Origin: an uncultured delta proteobacterium
GTDB taxonomy: Bacteria; Desulfobacterota; Binatia; UBA9968
Reading direction: 5' to 3'
Assembly: GCA_963804165.1 (NCBI GenBank)
Contig: CAWDPO010000002.1
Span: forward strand, 128,001-192,000
Length of the DNA stretch: 64,000 bases
The notes under the pieces were generated by a model. That model did no database searches, was not told where the DNA came from, and saw nothing but the letters and a program-made list of their open reading frames with translations. Shown piece by piece: positions 38,253-49,937 of this stretch (position 1 is the first letter of the stretch; each line of letters opens with the position of its first letter). The translations under genes were made by a program, and so were the position numbers.

Positions 38253-40667
38253 TTAAGTGAGCGCCGCCGCTTCGCGCCCGACGCCCGTATTATATATCGC
38301 GCGGCTAGTTTCTTCGGCTTCGAGGGCAAGCGCCAAAGCTTCATCAACGGTTTTCAAAAACTCGAAGCTCATGCCCTGCAGCGCAGCCGTGGGAATATCT
38401 TCCAAGTCGCGCCGGTTCAATTCCGGCAGGAGCACTCGGGAAAGTCCCGCCCGTTTCGCGGCCAAGACCTTCTCTTTGATGCCGCCCACAGGAAGCACCA
38501 ATCCGCGCAAGCTGATCTCGCCGGTCATCGCAACTTCCTTGCTGACACAGCGATCGAGCAAGAGCGACACAAGCGCCACGAACAAGGTAACGCCGGCGCT
38601 TGGACCGTCTTTGGGAATCGCCCCCGCGGGAATGTGCACGTGCAAATCGTGCTTTTGAAAGATCCCAGGGTCGATGCCCAGCGAATCGGCCCGCGATTTG
38701 ATCAGGCTGAATGCCGCCTGGGCGCTTTCCTTCATCACCTCTCCCAGCTGGCCGGTAAGCTGCAATTTTCCGCTACCCGGCATTTTGGTCGCTTCGACGA
38801 AGAGAATATCGCCACCGACGGGCGTCCACGCCAATCCCGTAGCCACCCCAGGCAAACTAGTTCGCAGAGCCACTTCGTTGAAGAATTTCTGCGGACCGAG
38901 ATAATCCTTCACCGCGGCGCGCTCGATGGTCAGCCGTTCCTTGCATCCTTCAGCCACCCTCGTAGCCACCCCGCGGCAAATCGCCCCGAGCTCCCGCTCC
39001 AGTTGGCGCACACCCGCCTCGCGCGTGTATGAGCTAATAACCTCGCGGATGGCGTCGTCGGTAAAAACGATTTCACCCTGGTCGAGCCCATTCTGCGCCG
39101 TTTGCCGCGGAATCAGGTAGCTCTTCGCTATCGCCAATTTGTCTTCCTCGATGTAACCCGACAACTCGATGATTTCCATGCGGTCGCGCAACGGCCGGGG
39201 AATCGTGTCGAGCACGTTCGCTGTCGCGATAAACATCACCTGGCTCAAGTCGAACGGCACCGCCAGATAATGATCTTGAAACGTCCCGTTTTGAGCAGGA
39301 TCCAGCACTTCCAGCAACGCCGCCGACGGATCGCCCTGAAAGCTGGCGCTGAGTTTGTCTATTTCGTCGAGCATGAACACGGGATTGTTCGTGCCCGCCT
39401 TGCGCATCCCCTGAATGATGTTGCCTGGAAGCGAGCCGACGTAAGTGCGTCGGTGACCGCGCACGTCCGCCTCGTCATGCACGCCGCCCAAGCTTTGCCG
39501 GACAAACTTGCGGTTCATGGCACGCGCGATACTTTGGCCCAGAGAGGTCTTGCCAACCCCCGGAGGACCGACGAAGCACAAGATCGGGCTCTTGCCCTGG
39601 GGCTTCAGCTTGCGCACGGCGAGAAATTCGATGATACGTTTTTTTACCTTCTCCAAACCGTGGTGATCGGCATCGAGAATTTTGCGCGCTTCCTGCAAAT
39701 CGATGCGCTCCTCACTCGATACGCTCCACGGCAACTCGATCAGCCAATCCAAATAAGTCCGAATCGTGCTGTGCTCGGCGGCCATCTCGGGCATCCGTTC
39801 AAACCGGGACAGCTCTCTCAACGCTTCCTTTTCAACCTCCGCAGGCATCTTGGCGTCGGCGACTTTCTTGCGCAAATCTTCCGCTTCAACTGATTGGCCG
39901 CTTTCTTCGCCGAGCTCCTTCTGAATGGCTTTCAGCTGCTCGCGCAGAAAGTATTGGCGTTGGGTCTTATCCATCGATTCTTTGGTTTCGTCGCCGATCT
40001 TTTTGCTCAACTCGAGAAGTTCGATCTGCGCCGAAAGCTTCTCGGCGACTCTTTGCGTGCGCACTTCCGGGTCCAGGGTCGCCAATAGCTCTAGTTTTTC
40101 GTGAACCGGAAGATCCAGAGTCGAAGCGATCGTATCGATCAATGCGAGCGGGCTATCGATCCGCTCGATGGTCGGCCGAAGCTCCTGCATGGGCGCCGGC
40201 AGCAACGATAGCGCCTTAACTGCTTCTTGACGCAAGTGTAAAATCCGCGCTTCGAAAGATTTCGTCTGCGGTACGGTTTCTTCGACCATGGATACTCGGG
40301 CGATGAGAAACGGTTCCGTTTGAATGAACTCCTTGATCTCGAAGCGCTGCTGACCTTGAATGATCACTTGCCGCTGCCCATCCGGTAGGCTGAACATTCT
40401 CAACACGTTGGCGGAGGTGCCGACGGACACCAAGTCAGGCGGTTGCGGCTTTTCAACGCTGGCATCCAGTTGGGTGACAAAACCGATGGGCAGTTGTTCG
40501 CGGACGGCATGTTCCACGACTTGCAGGCTTTTTCGCCGTCCTACGCCCAAAGGCATGATCGTCGACGGAAAAAGCACGGTATTGCGCAGCGGCAAAATTA
40601 CCATCGCTCCCGCTGGTATCGTGATTGTAGATTTACTCTGTGTGTTTTCTTTTTCTTCAGCTGTCAT
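38253..40667 (-). CDS. lon: ATP-dependent protease La
   Basis: LPLRNTVLFP, GPPGVGKTS, GHRRTYVG, LDEIDK, PKDGPSAG, GGIKEK. Confidence 0.97.
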   Translation of the reverse strand: MTAEEKENTQSKSTITIPAGAMVILPLRNTVLFPSTIMPLGVGRRKSLQVVEHAVREQLPIGFVTQLDASVEKPQPPDLVSVGTSANVLRMFSLPDGQRQVIIQGQQRFEIKEFIQTEPFLIARVSMVEETVPQTKSFEARILHLRQEAVKALSLLPAPMQELRPTIERIDSPLALIDTIASTLDLPVHEKLELLATLDPEVRTQRVAEKLSAQIELLELSKKIGDETKESMDKTQRQYFLREQLKAIQKELGEESGQSVEAEDLRKKVADAKMPAEVEKEALRELSRFERMPEMAAEHSTIRTYLDWLIELPWSVSSEERIDLQEARKILDADHHGLEKVKKRIIEFLAVRKLKPQGKSPILCFVGPPGVGKTSLGQSIARAMNRKFVRQSLGGVHDEADVRGHRRTYVGSLPGNIIQGMRKAGTNNPVFMLDEIDKLSASFQGDPSAALLEVLDPAQNGTFQDHYLAVPFDLSQVMFIATANVLDTIPRPLRDRMEIIELSGYIEEDKLAIAKSYLIPRQTAQNGLDQGEIVFTDDAIREVISSYTREAGVRQLERELGAICRGVATRVAEGCKERLTIERAAVKDYLGPQKFFNEVALRTSLPGVATGLAWTPVGGDILFVEATKMPGSGKLQLTGQLGEVMKESAQAAFSLIKSRADSLGIDPGIFQKHDLHVHIPAGAIPKDGPSAGVTLFVALVSLLLDRCVSKEVAMTGEISLRGLVLPVGGIKEKVLAAKRAGLSRVLLPELNRRDLEDIPTAALQGMSFEFLKTVDEALALALEAEETSRAIYNTGVGREAAALT

Positions 40668-41095
40668 GAATTTTTCCTCAGCTCGATATTGAGCAGCCCA
40701 TCCTGCAACGTGACCTTACCGACGGAGAGTGGATATTTGCCGTCGATCAATGTTAATCGCCGCTCGAACTGACCTAGCGGTATTTCCCAGAGTTTCAATT
40801 CACCGGCACGGCAACATCCGGGAAGCGGCCGTTTACCCGTGATAATGAGTTCCCGTCCTTCCAATCGCACCGTCACATTATCCACGGTCACTCCAGGCAC
40901 CGCTGAAATAACCCAAAGACTCTCGTCGGTTTCGATGACGTTCACCGGCGGCTCCCAGCACGCACTCCTTCCGTGACGGACTCCATAGTGAGCGCCAACG
41001 GCCATTTGCAAAAAATTTCTCTGGATCCGCTCAGCCTGTTGACGCAAGTTGCCCGCCCTTCGCCAGACTAAGACATCCCAATTGTCGAACGCCAT
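40664..41095 (-). CDS. Hsp20/alpha-crystallin small heat-shock protein
   Basis: WEPPVNVIET, PGV, GQFERRL, DGLLNI; ATGA overlap with lon. Confidence 0.9.
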   Translation of the reverse strand: MAFDNWDVLVWRRAGNLRQQAERIQRNFLQMAVGAHYGVRHGRSACWEPPVNVIETDESLWVISAVPGVTVDNVTVRLEGRELIITGKRPLPGCCRAGELKLWEIPLGQFERRLTLIDGKYPLSVGKVTLQDGLLNIELRKNS

Positions 41096-41136
41096 GCGAT
41101 CCGATCTAACCCTTTCTCGCCTATGTTCTGTATTAA

Positions 41137-41165
41137 AAGCTAAGAACGGTGTGCCGTTTTGTCAA
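41137..41165 (-). promoter_or_regulatory. sigma70-type promoter of hsp20-lon
   Basis: TTGACA-N17-TAGCTT on the minus strand. Confidence 0.5.
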
Positions 41166-41572
41166 GAATACGCCAAAGAATTGCGTGGCATTTCTGGCGG
41201 TTACGCGATTCCGCAGTGCGGCAAGAGTTAACGTTCACACATTTTCATGACTTCGCTCCTCTCGCCGTTAGCAATCAAGAATAGATCATCCGGGCAGTTA
41301 CTTTTCGGTTACTCGACTGTGCGGCAATTTGCTCGCATCACTTTGCCGAGCTCAGGAGCGAACAAATCAATATTTGATATCTCAATCGGCCGATACCTTC
41401 CGCATTGAAGACACTCGAACGTGAACGGTATCGCAACACAGTCGTAAAGCCGGAAGTCAATTCATCGGCAACTCTCGTCTTCGTCCAGCGTACAAGATAT
41501 ACAAGACGATCAAGGCTCACTTCCGCGCGCCTATCCTCAATTGCACGGCAACCAGGAGCACCACTCATCTCG

Positions 41573-42670
41573 ATGAATGAATTCGCCAATTTCCGAGAAC
41601 GATTGCCGGCCATCGTCAGATCACTGGCCGTCGGTATCCCGGCGGGTTTTGTGTTCCAGTATTTGCATACACCGATCCCCTGGATGATCGGGCCGATGGT
41701 CGCCGTCGCAGCGCTCAACTTAATCGGCGTGCACATGCATTCGCCACCGTACGCCCGCCAAATGGGACAGGTGATCTTGGGCTCCGCGGTGTCACTTTAT
41801 TTTACGCCGCCGGTCGTCGCTGCATTGGCCGGCAACTTCCCGGCAATCGCCGCCGCGACTGTCGCCGTGTTTCTTGTCGGCATACTCGGCGCGCTGACTT
41901 TGAGCCGCGCCTCCGGCGTCGATGCCAAGTCTACCTTTTTTGCCTCCATTCCCGGCGGCGCGATGGCGATGGCCGTGCTTGCCGATCGCTATGGCGCGCA
42001 GATTGCCCCTGTAGCGGTCGCGCATAGTTTGCGCGTCTCCGTCGTCGTTATCCTGATTCCGTTCGCCCTGACTTATGGCGGCTTTCCGCTCGAAACATCG
42101 GCCTTCCGACCGACGGTGTCGCTCAATCCTTCAGTACTTGTCGTATGGCTGGCGATCGGGTGGCTGTTGGGGGAGATTTCCGAAAGATTTCGATTTCAAA
42201 ATGGCTGTCTACTCGTACCGATCTTTTTCGGCGCAGCATTGACGATGAGCGGCGTCCAGCTTTCTGCCGTGCCGGGTTGGATGACCGACTTCGCCCAACT
42301 CATGTTCGGCCTGGTGCTGGGGGCGCGCTATGAGCGCGCGTTCTTCGCCCGCTACAAACTCTTCATTCCATTTGCGCTGCTGAATTCGTTCTTCATCCTG
42401 CTCGCATCGGTAGCAGCCGGTGCCGCCTTAGCATGGGTCTTCGGGCTGCCCATCGCCACCATGATCATCGCCACCTCTCCCGGCGGTTTGGCAGAGATGA
42501 CGCTTACCGCACAGGCCCTTCAAATCAGCGTGCCACTGGTGGTCGCCTTCCATCTATTCCGCGTCGTGGTCGTCAACGTGGGGACCCAGTATATATACGG
42601 TTGGACCGCCTGGATGTTCACCCGTGGCGCAGCGCCAGACCGCGGGCCGAAGTCTTTACCGAGAATTTGA
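41573..42670 (+). CDS. AbrB-family membrane protein (duplicated membrane domain)
   Basis: PIPWMIGP, GQVILG, PGGA, AHSLRV, PGGLAEM, AFHLFR. Confidence 0.88.
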   Translation: MNEFANFRERLPAIVRSLAVGIPAGFVFQYLHTPIPWMIGPMVAVAALNLIGVHMHSPPYARQMGQVILGSAVSLYFTPPVVAALAGNFPAIAAATVAVFLVGILGALTLSRASGVDAKSTFFASIPGGAMAMAVLADRYGAQIAPVAVAHSLRVSVVVILIPFALTYGGFPLETSAFRPTVSLNPSVLVVWLAIGWLLGEISERFRFQNGCLLVPIFFGAALTMSGVQLSAVPGWMTDFAQLMFGLVLGARYERAFFARYKLFIPFALLNSFFILLASVAAGAALAWVFGLPIATMIIATSPGGLAEMTLTAQALQISVPLVVAFHLFRVVVVNVGTQYIYGWTAWMFTRGAAPDRGPKSLPRI

Positions 42671-42727
42671 TCCGGTTCTCCGCTCGGGCAAATTTCCGCT
42701 TGTCCAGCGCCACAATTACGGGCCAAT

Positions 42728-43315
42728 TTAACTCGTCGGCAATGACGTCGCCACGAAACGATCGTGCCGGTTTTTTTTGCCAGCAATCTTCATTGTGCTC
42801 CGCGCAGACGGGAATCTCCTGACCATAACTGATCGTCGACAAACGCTGCGGGTCGACTCCCAAAGTCGCTATACAATCTTTAGCCGCTTGTGCTCTCTTT
42901 GCCCCCAGTGCCAGGTTGTATTCAGAGGTTCCGCGTTCATCGCAGTTTCCCTCGATCTCGACCGTCGCCGCCGGATTCTGTTTCAGCCAGTCGGCGTCGG
43001 CTTTTAGCGTGTCGCGCGCATCGGCACGCAAATCATAACGATCGAAATCAAAGTAAATATCTTTCAGCGGGCTCGATGCGGGGGTGCCCACGGGCTTTCC
43101 TTGCTGTAACTGATCCAAGCTGGAATTTTGGGTTACCGCCCCTTTGCGAAGCCTTTGGTGTTGTCCGGCGCCCCCACTTCTCCCTGCGCCGCGACTTGTG
43201 GCTTAACCGCCGGTTTGGCCGTGGAGCAGCCCGCAAGGTTAAGCATAGCAACTCCGCACAAAGCCATTGTGATTGCACCAGTAAAATAACCACGCTCATG
43301 CTTGAGTATCTTCAT
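42728..43315 (-). CDS. pal: peptidoglycan-associated lipoprotein (frameshifted)
   Basis: LAGC lipobox; DIYFDFD, IEGNCDERGTSEYNLALG, ISYGQE; not in a tol operon. Confidence 0.85.
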
Positions 43316-43739
43316 ACCTTCCTCCCTCCCGTTAGTCATTTCTGTAATGATGAATTGCCTGGCCTTGCAAACGTTGGCCAACAGCTTTTGGTACTGGCAA
43401 TTGCCATGCCGATAGCGCCGCTGCTGGTTTTGCAATTGTTCCACGTGAATATCATGCGAGATTGACGATATTCGCCCGAGTGAGATTAGGGGGTGGGGCA
43501 AAGATGCGTTGCAGTGAGGCAAATTTTCCGGTGTCGCTGACCTGTAATGATCCTCCGCGACACCAATGGGATGAATTGAGGTTGCGCTAAATACGCATCA
43601 GCTGATCGCCTCCGCAAAAGCCGCGATCGAGAATTTCCGCCTATCCATCAACGCCGCCAAAAGCGGCAGGCGTGCTCCTCTACACGGGACGTCATGGCAA
43701 CTGCGGCCTGGTCGGGTCGACGCCGCGCAGATGGCTTCC

Positions 43740-43769
43740 TTGACACACCGAAACCTCTGGGGCTATTTT
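43740..43769 (+). promoter_or_regulatory. sigma70-type promoter
   Basis: TTGACA-N18-TATTTT upstream of the SDR gene. Confidence 0.45.
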
Positions 43770-43797
43770 GACGGCAAATCACAGCGAGGGAGCGCCA

Positions 43798-44568
<771 letters not shown>

Positions 44569-44586
44569 AGGGATCCTTGCTGCGCG

Positions 44587-45408
44587 ATGGCTCCATACCA
44601 ACATCGAACAATTGTCGTCGGCGATATCAAGACCCATTTTCTCGAAGCCGGCAGCGGCCCGGATCTCGTGCTGCTGCATGGCGGCGAATACGGCGCCTCG
44701 GCGGAAATCACCTGGCGCCATAACATCGAAGCGCTTGCCAGGAATTTTCATGTCGTCGCACCGGATCTTCTCGGCTGGGGACAGACGGACAAGATCTACA
44801 GTTTCTCGGATCCCGCCGGATTGCGCATTCGACATCTGCAGAAGTTTTTAGAAACTCTCGGCATCAGCAAAGCTTTTTTCGTTGGCAACTCCGCTGGCGG
44901 CGGGGTCATTTTACGTGCGGCCGTGCGCCGTCCGCCGCCTTTGCAAATCGAGAAAATGGTCACGATCTGCGGCAATGCCAGTGTGTTCAAAACCACCGCG
45001 CAAGCGGATCTCGATAACTACACGCCATCGACTGAGAATATGAAAAAGATCGTCGCGTTGCTCTACCATGATCCCAAATGGCAATCGGCGGAAACTGTTC
45101 GCGAACGATACGAATCCTCGATCATTCCCGGCGCCTGGGAAACATTGTCCGCCGCACGATTGCGCAGCCCAGCGCATCAGGTGCGCTCGACCACGGAAGA
45201 ATTCGTCAAGCAGCTGTCACAACTCGATATCCCGCTATTGCTCATGTCCTGCGAGCACGATCCGCTCAATCAGCGTGATTGGGACGTCAACTTCCAGAAA
45301 ATCGTCCCCGGCTCGAAAGTGCATCGCTTCATGCACTCGGCGCACGAACCGCAGATAGAAGAAACCGACGAATTCAATCGGATGCTGACGGAGTTTCTGC
45401 TCAGCTAG
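44587..45408 (+). CDS. alpha/beta hydrolase (meta-cleavage product hydrolase-like)
   Basis: LLHGG, GNSAGG, HD, AHEPQIE. Confidence 0.88.
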   Translation: MAPYQHRTIVVGDIKTHFLEAGSGPDLVLLHGGEYGASAEITWRHNIEALARNFHVVAPDLLGWGQTDKIYSFSDPAGLRIRHLQKFLETLGISKAFFVGNSAGGGVILRAAVRRPPPLQIEKMVTICGNASVFKTTAQADLDNYTPSTENMKKIVALLYHDPKWQSAETVRERYESSIIPGAWETLSAARLRSPAHQVRSTTEEFVKQLSQLDIPLLLMSCEHDPLNQRDWDVNFQKIVPGSKVHRFMHSAHEPQIEETDEFNRMLTEFLLS

Positions 45409-45422
45409 TTTGCCAAAAGTCC

Positions 45423-45507
45423 GTCATACCCGCGGACGCGGGTATCCAGGTTAATTGGAAACGATCCAAGGAAAGAGAAGCCTGGATTCAAGACGCGTGG
45501 GAATGAC
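45423..45507. repeat. GTCAT...ATGAC palindromic intergenic repeat (REP-like)
   Basis: gtcatacccgcggacgcgggtatccagg ... cctggatt...gggaatgac. Confidence 0.7.
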
Positions 45508-45524
45508 TTTCTGGAGATGCTTAT

Positions 45525-46535
45525 ATGTTCCAGTTTCGCGTTATTGTTTTGCTCGCAACTTTAGTCCTATCTTTCAGCACTCCATCCGCCGTCGCCCAAC
45601 TCACCCGCCTCAAGACTTCGTACAGCGCTCTCACAGCGAACATGGCCGCCTATTGGCTGGCCAAAGACGCCAAGATTTTTGAAAAACATGGATTGAGTGT
45701 CGACGTCGTGCTGATCGAAAGCGGCGTCACCACAGTTCAAGCGCTCACGGCCGGCGAAACTCAGATCGCCATGGGCGGGGGCACCGTTGCCGTAAGCAGC
45801 AACCTCGCCGGCAGCGATATCGTGTCGATCGCCAGCATCGAGAGCCGCTTGCCTTATGCCCTGCTGGCGCAAAAAGAAATCAAAACCATCGATCAGCTCA
45901 AAGGCAAGCGGCTGGCAGTTTCGCGCTTCGGCAGCGCTTCGGATCTCGCCGCGCGCCTGATCTTGCAGCGCTACGGCTTGGTTCCCGACAAGGACGTTAC
46001 GATCCTTCAAACCGGCGGCACCAGCACGCGCCTATCCGCGCTGAGCAAACGCAGCATCGACAGCACCGTTCTCACGCCGGAATTTTTCAATATCGGGAAA
46101 AAGGCCGGCTTCACGATTCTAGTCGATCCGACACAGTACGATATTCCATTTCCCCAGTTGGAAGTCATCACCAGCCGGGCGTTCCTCAAAGCGCAGCCGG
46201 ACATCGCGACCCGCTATCTGCGCGCGATTATCGAAGGTATTTACACGGTCAAAAACAACCCAGAGCCGAGCATCCGCGCCCTTAGCAAATATCTGAAGAT
46301 TGATGACCGCGAGGCACTGGAAGAAGTTTATCGCCTTTACCGGGAGATCTATCCCCAAGTGCCGCACGTCTCACCCGCCGCGATTCAAACTCAGCTCATC
46401 TGGATGGCCGAGCGCGATCCGCGCGCGAAAGCGGCAAAGCCGGAACAATTTATCGACGGCTCGATTTTACGGGAAATCGAGAAGAGCGGGTTCGTAACTA
46501 AACTGTATCAAAGAAATAGTCTCTCGAGCGTTTAG
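45525..46535 (+). CDS. ABC transporter substrate-binding protein, NitT/TauT type
   Basis: Signal peptide; FEKHGL, LKGKRLAVSRFGS, FIDGS..EIEKSG. Confidence 0.88.
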   Translation: MFQFRVIVLLATLVLSFSTPSAVAQLTRLKTSYSALTANMAAYWLAKDAKIFEKHGLSVDVVLIESGVTTVQALTAGETQIAMGGGTVAVSSNLAGSDIVSIASIESRLPYALLAQKEIKTIDQLKGKRLAVSRFGSASDLAARLILQRYGLVPDKDVTILQTGGTSTRLSALSKRSIDSTVLTPEFFNIGKKAGFTILVDPTQYDIPFPQLEVITSRAFLKAQPDIATRYLRAIIEGIYTVKNNPEPSIRALSKYLKIDDREALEEVYRLYREIYPQVPHVSPAAIQTQLIWMAERDPRAKAAKPEQFIDGSILREIEKSGFVTKLYQRNSLSSV

Positions 46536-46567
46536 TTCTTGTTTCGCCGCAGGCGCGGTCGGTCACC

Positions 46568-48003
46568 TCACTGCAGCGCGATATCTGGTCGTCTTCTACC
46601 AAATCCAGTAGCCTGCTCAAACGCGTGGGCGATTTGTAACACACCGTGGTCATCGCGATAACGGCCGACGATTTGGATGCCCACGGGCAACCGTCGTCGG
46701 TGAATCCGGCGGGTACCGAGATCGCCGGACAAAAAGTCGGCGTGATCCAATACGCGCTCTTCATCCAATCGAGGTAGGTCTCCATCTTGATTCCCTCGAT
46801 CTCATGCGGCCAGGCGATTTTCGCATCGAAAGGCGGCACCTGATTCACGGCGCAAAGGAGGAATTCATACTTCTCCTGGAAAACGCGCATACGCTGCATC
46901 AGTTCACCGTGGTGCGCCATTGCATTGGCGATGTCGCTGCCGCTCAATTTGCTTCCCGCCTCGATCTGCCAGACCGCTTCGGGTTTCATTTCGTGGCGAT
47001 GTTTTTCCAGCAGCGGACCGAGCGTATGCCAGTAATTCCACGCGCGGATCGTGAGAAATATTTCATCGGCGCCGCTCAGGTCGGGACAAGCGTCATCGAC
47101 AATACAGCCAAGATCGATAAACGTCTTTCGTTGCCCTTCCAACACGGATCGAACGCTACGGTCGAGCGGCAGACCGCCCAGGTCGGGGCACCAGGCAACC
47201 CGCATGCCTTTAAAATCCCGATCCAAAGGTTTCGCAGAATACAGTTGGATCGAATGGATACACGGCGGGATCGCGCGCATCGGCCCCTGCCATGACACTC
47301 AATAGAAAAGCGACGTCGGCAACCGAACGCGCCATCGGCCCCTTAACCGTAAAACCTAAAAACGGCAACGCAGTCGGCGCGGACGGCACGAGTCCGACGG
47401 TCGGACGCAACGCGACGATGTTGTTGAAATTCGCCGGATTGCGCAGCGAACCGCCAAGATCGCTGCCGCTCGCGAGCGGTAACAAGCCCGCGGCAAGCGC
47501 GGCGCCGGCGCCGCCGCTCGAACCGCCGGCGCTTTTCGTCAAATCGTAAGGATTGAGCGTCGTGCCGTACACGTCATTGTACGTATGCGAGCCCATGCCG
47601 AACTCGGATACGTTGGTCTTCGCCGATAGGAATAACTCCCGCATGCTTCAATCGCTCGACAAGAACCGAATCTTCGCGCTGGCACGAAGTCTTTGAATAT
47701 TTTCGAACCGCGCGTCATCGGAAACCCGACGGCAGGGTCCAAATCTTTGAAGGCAAAGGGCAGGCCGTGCAGCGCACCGATCTCCTCGCCACGCGCGAAC
47801 CGTCGGTCGGCTTCGTCCGCAAGCGCAAGACACTTCTCGTCGTCGAGCTTCGCTACTATCGCGTTGATTTTCGGATTGAGGCGATTAATTTGGCGCAGAA
47901 ATGCGCCCATGACTTCGCGCGCTGATGTGCGGCGAGTGCGAATCAACTGCGCCAATTCGCGCGCGCTCATGAAGCATAAATCACTGTCTCCGAGAGTGGC
48001 CAT
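46568..48003 (-). CDS. amidase (amidase-signature family, frameshifted)
   Basis: LHGLPFAFKD, KTN, GGSSGG, GSDLGGSLRNPA. Confidence 0.9.
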
Positions 48004-48051
48004 CACTAGGCTGCCATCAGCATTGGCAGCGGATCAGAGTCGCGTCCGAGG

Positions 48052-48596
48052 CTAAATCCCGGACTCTTTCACTCCCACGGGCGGCATCGCAATATTCTTG
48101 GAAATCTCATCGACGTCCCAGAGTCGCGAAAATTTAAGAGCGCGCGGACAATGGCTGTAGGACTCATCGACGTCCAGTAAGAGGCCTTGAAGCACTTCCG
48201 CCTTCTCATCGGGATTGAAAACTTCAAGCTTGGTGCCATTCAGCTCCGCTCGATCGATCACTCTAACCCGGCCGTTGATCCTGACCGTGTTGTTGTGGCC
48301 GGGTATAAAAAACACCAAGCCGACTTGAGGATTGGTCTCGACGTTGCTGTAGCCGTGGAAAAGCTTGTTGCCGGCGACATCCGGAATAAAGAGCTGCTTG
48401 TCGTTAAGCACTTTCACGAAGCCCGGCATGCCGCCCTTCGGCGATGCGTCACAATCGCCCTTGGCGCTGCTCGTCGCCATCACGCAGAACGGCGAGTGCC
48501 TGATGAAGTCCTGAATCCCGCCGCCATGAACGGCCTCACTTTTCCCTTTGTCCGTTCAATCGGATAACCGAACTTGTCTTGATATTTGTTATTCAT
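48052..48596 (-). CDS. pyridoxamine 5'-phosphate oxidase-like flavin-binding protein (frameshift near 48520)
   Basis: DASPKGG.PGFV, PDVAGNK, NPQVGLVF, HCPRA. Confidence 0.85.
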
Positions 48597-48780
48597 CGGG
48601 GCTCCTATTCCACTAAATTGGCATCACCGTCTTCTGCTAAGCTCGGATAGTAATTCTAATTGGATTTCCTGAATTTGCGCAAGCCGCTCCCACTGGTGCG
48701 ACAAAAGATGATCGACTTTTTCGTGCGCAGGTTTTGGCTTCTCTCGCGTTGGCCATGGTAACATTGAGAGTGAGAGCGCG

Positions 48781-49347
48781 TCAATTGAATCGACTATTGC
48801 TTTCTAAGAACGTCAGACGTTCCGCCATCGGCGTTTCGGGGAAGACGTAGCCGCAGGCGCGGCAAGTGCGCAGCTTCGGATCGGCGTTGAATTCGGCGTA
48901 GACGGCCGAGACTTGCGAAGGGATATTGCCCTGATTCACGACGCGGGACAACACCAACTCGTCGCACTTTTCGCAAAACCAGGCGAATTCTTCCTTTTCC
49001 TCTTCGCGCCGTTTGCGTTCGATGACCAGACCCCAGGTATTTTCGAATCGGCGCGGCGAATGGGGCAAGCCGCCGGGGCAAACGAAGATCTCTCCTTCTT
49101 TGATCTTCACGACCTGGCGGCGCTCCCCTTCCGGCTTCAACACCAACTCCATTTCACCCTCGACCTGATAGAAAAACTCATCGCCCGGATCGATATGGAA
49201 ATCTAGCCGCGTATTCGGCCCGCGCAGGACCATCACGAGAAAGTCTTTGTGGTGAACGAGTAGCTGGTTCGTCCTGAAGGGCGGGTTGAACAAGTGCGCA
49301 TTTTCCTTAACCCATTGCCTCAGATGAAACGTCGAAAGTAAATCCAT
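48781..49347 (-). CDS. nbaC: 3-hydroxyanthranilate 3,4-dioxygenase
   Basis: GPNTRLDFH...EFFYQ, PHSPRR, GLVIERKR, rubredoxin-type CEKC/CRAC. Confidence 0.9.
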   Translation of the reverse strand: MDLLSTFHLRQWVKENAHLFNPPFRTNQLLVHHKDFLVMVLRGPNTRLDFHIDPGDEFFYQVEGEMELVLKPEGERRQVVKIKEGEIFVCPGGLPHSPRRFENTWGLVIERKRREEEKEEFAWFCEKCDELVLSRVVNQGNIPSQVSAVYAEFNADPKLRTCRACGYVFPETPMAERLTFLESNSRFN

Positions 49348-49359
49348 AGAGCTCCTTAT

Positions 49360-49378
49360 TGGAGTATTGGAGTGATGG
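49360..49378. repeat. short inverted copy of the 8-bp repeat array
   Basis: tggagtattggagtgatgg is the reverse complement of ccatcact-ccaatact-cca. Confidence 0.75.
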
Positions 49379-49400
49379 GCCTCGGAATGTGCCAATCCCG

Positions 49401-49829
49401 CTACCCATACGTTTCGTTGCTTTCTTTGACAATCAGATTATCGATCCAGTCTCCGTCGAGTTTCTTTTTCTCGAGGCTCTCAACTAACTTTAGTAAACCG
49501 TTTTCCAATTTGAAGGCGAGTTTGTCGAGCACCTGAAAATTGTCTTCAGTATTCTGGTTAGCCTTATGATATGCATGCAGGCCAGATACGCTTTCACCGA
49601 GCGAACCCAAGGCGATGTTGAGAAAATTCAAATACTCTCGGACCGACCTCCTACAATATCCCTCGGCAATATTCCGATGAACTGAATCACTCGATGCTAT
49701 CGCCTGCGAGGCAATCCGTTTTAGCTCGTACGGGAGCGACCCAAATACATGGCTGTTAAGCCTATAAAACTCGATGGCATCCTGCCAAACTCGAAGTTGC
49801 TGATAACCACGATTTTTGTTTTTCAGCAC
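49401..49829 (-). CDS. four helix bundle protein (23S rRNA IVP / bAvd-like family)
   Basis: LRVWQ, SVHRNIAEGYCR, FLNIALGSLGE. Confidence 0.92.
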   Translation of the reverse strand: MLKNKNRGYQQLRVWQDAIEFYRLNSHVFGSLPYELKRIASQAIASSDSVHRNIAEGYCRRSVREYLNFLNIALGSLGESVSGLHAYHKANQNTEDNFQVLDKLAFKLENGLLKLVESLEKKKLDGDWIDNLIVKESNETYG

Positions 49830-49830
49830 C

Positions 49831-49937
49831 CCAACACTCCATTACTCCATCACTCCAGTTTTCCCTTGCCCATCACTCCACTATTCCAGTATTCCGATAC
49901 CCCAACACTCCATCACTCCAGTATTCCATCACTCCAA
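49831..49937. repeat. degenerate 8-bp tandem array (CCAnnAYT, about 13 units)
   Basis: ccaacact ccattact ccatcact ... ccagtatt ccatcact. Confidence 0.85.

Noticed and set aside
38253-41095. hsp20-lon as a novel system
   Set aside because: A known chaperone-protease pairing with canonical motifs
41573-42670. Ammonia monooxygenase
   Set aside because: AbrB membrane family carries this legacy label but has no AmoA/B/C motifs
49401-49829. Diversity-generating retroelement (Avd-like gene)
   Set aside because: No reverse transcriptase and no TR/VR pair with adenine-specific differences; the ubiD duplicate differs at mixed synonymous sites
49831-49937. CRISPR array
   Set aside because: Units are 8-bp degenerate tandem repeats with no spacers, and there are no cas genes
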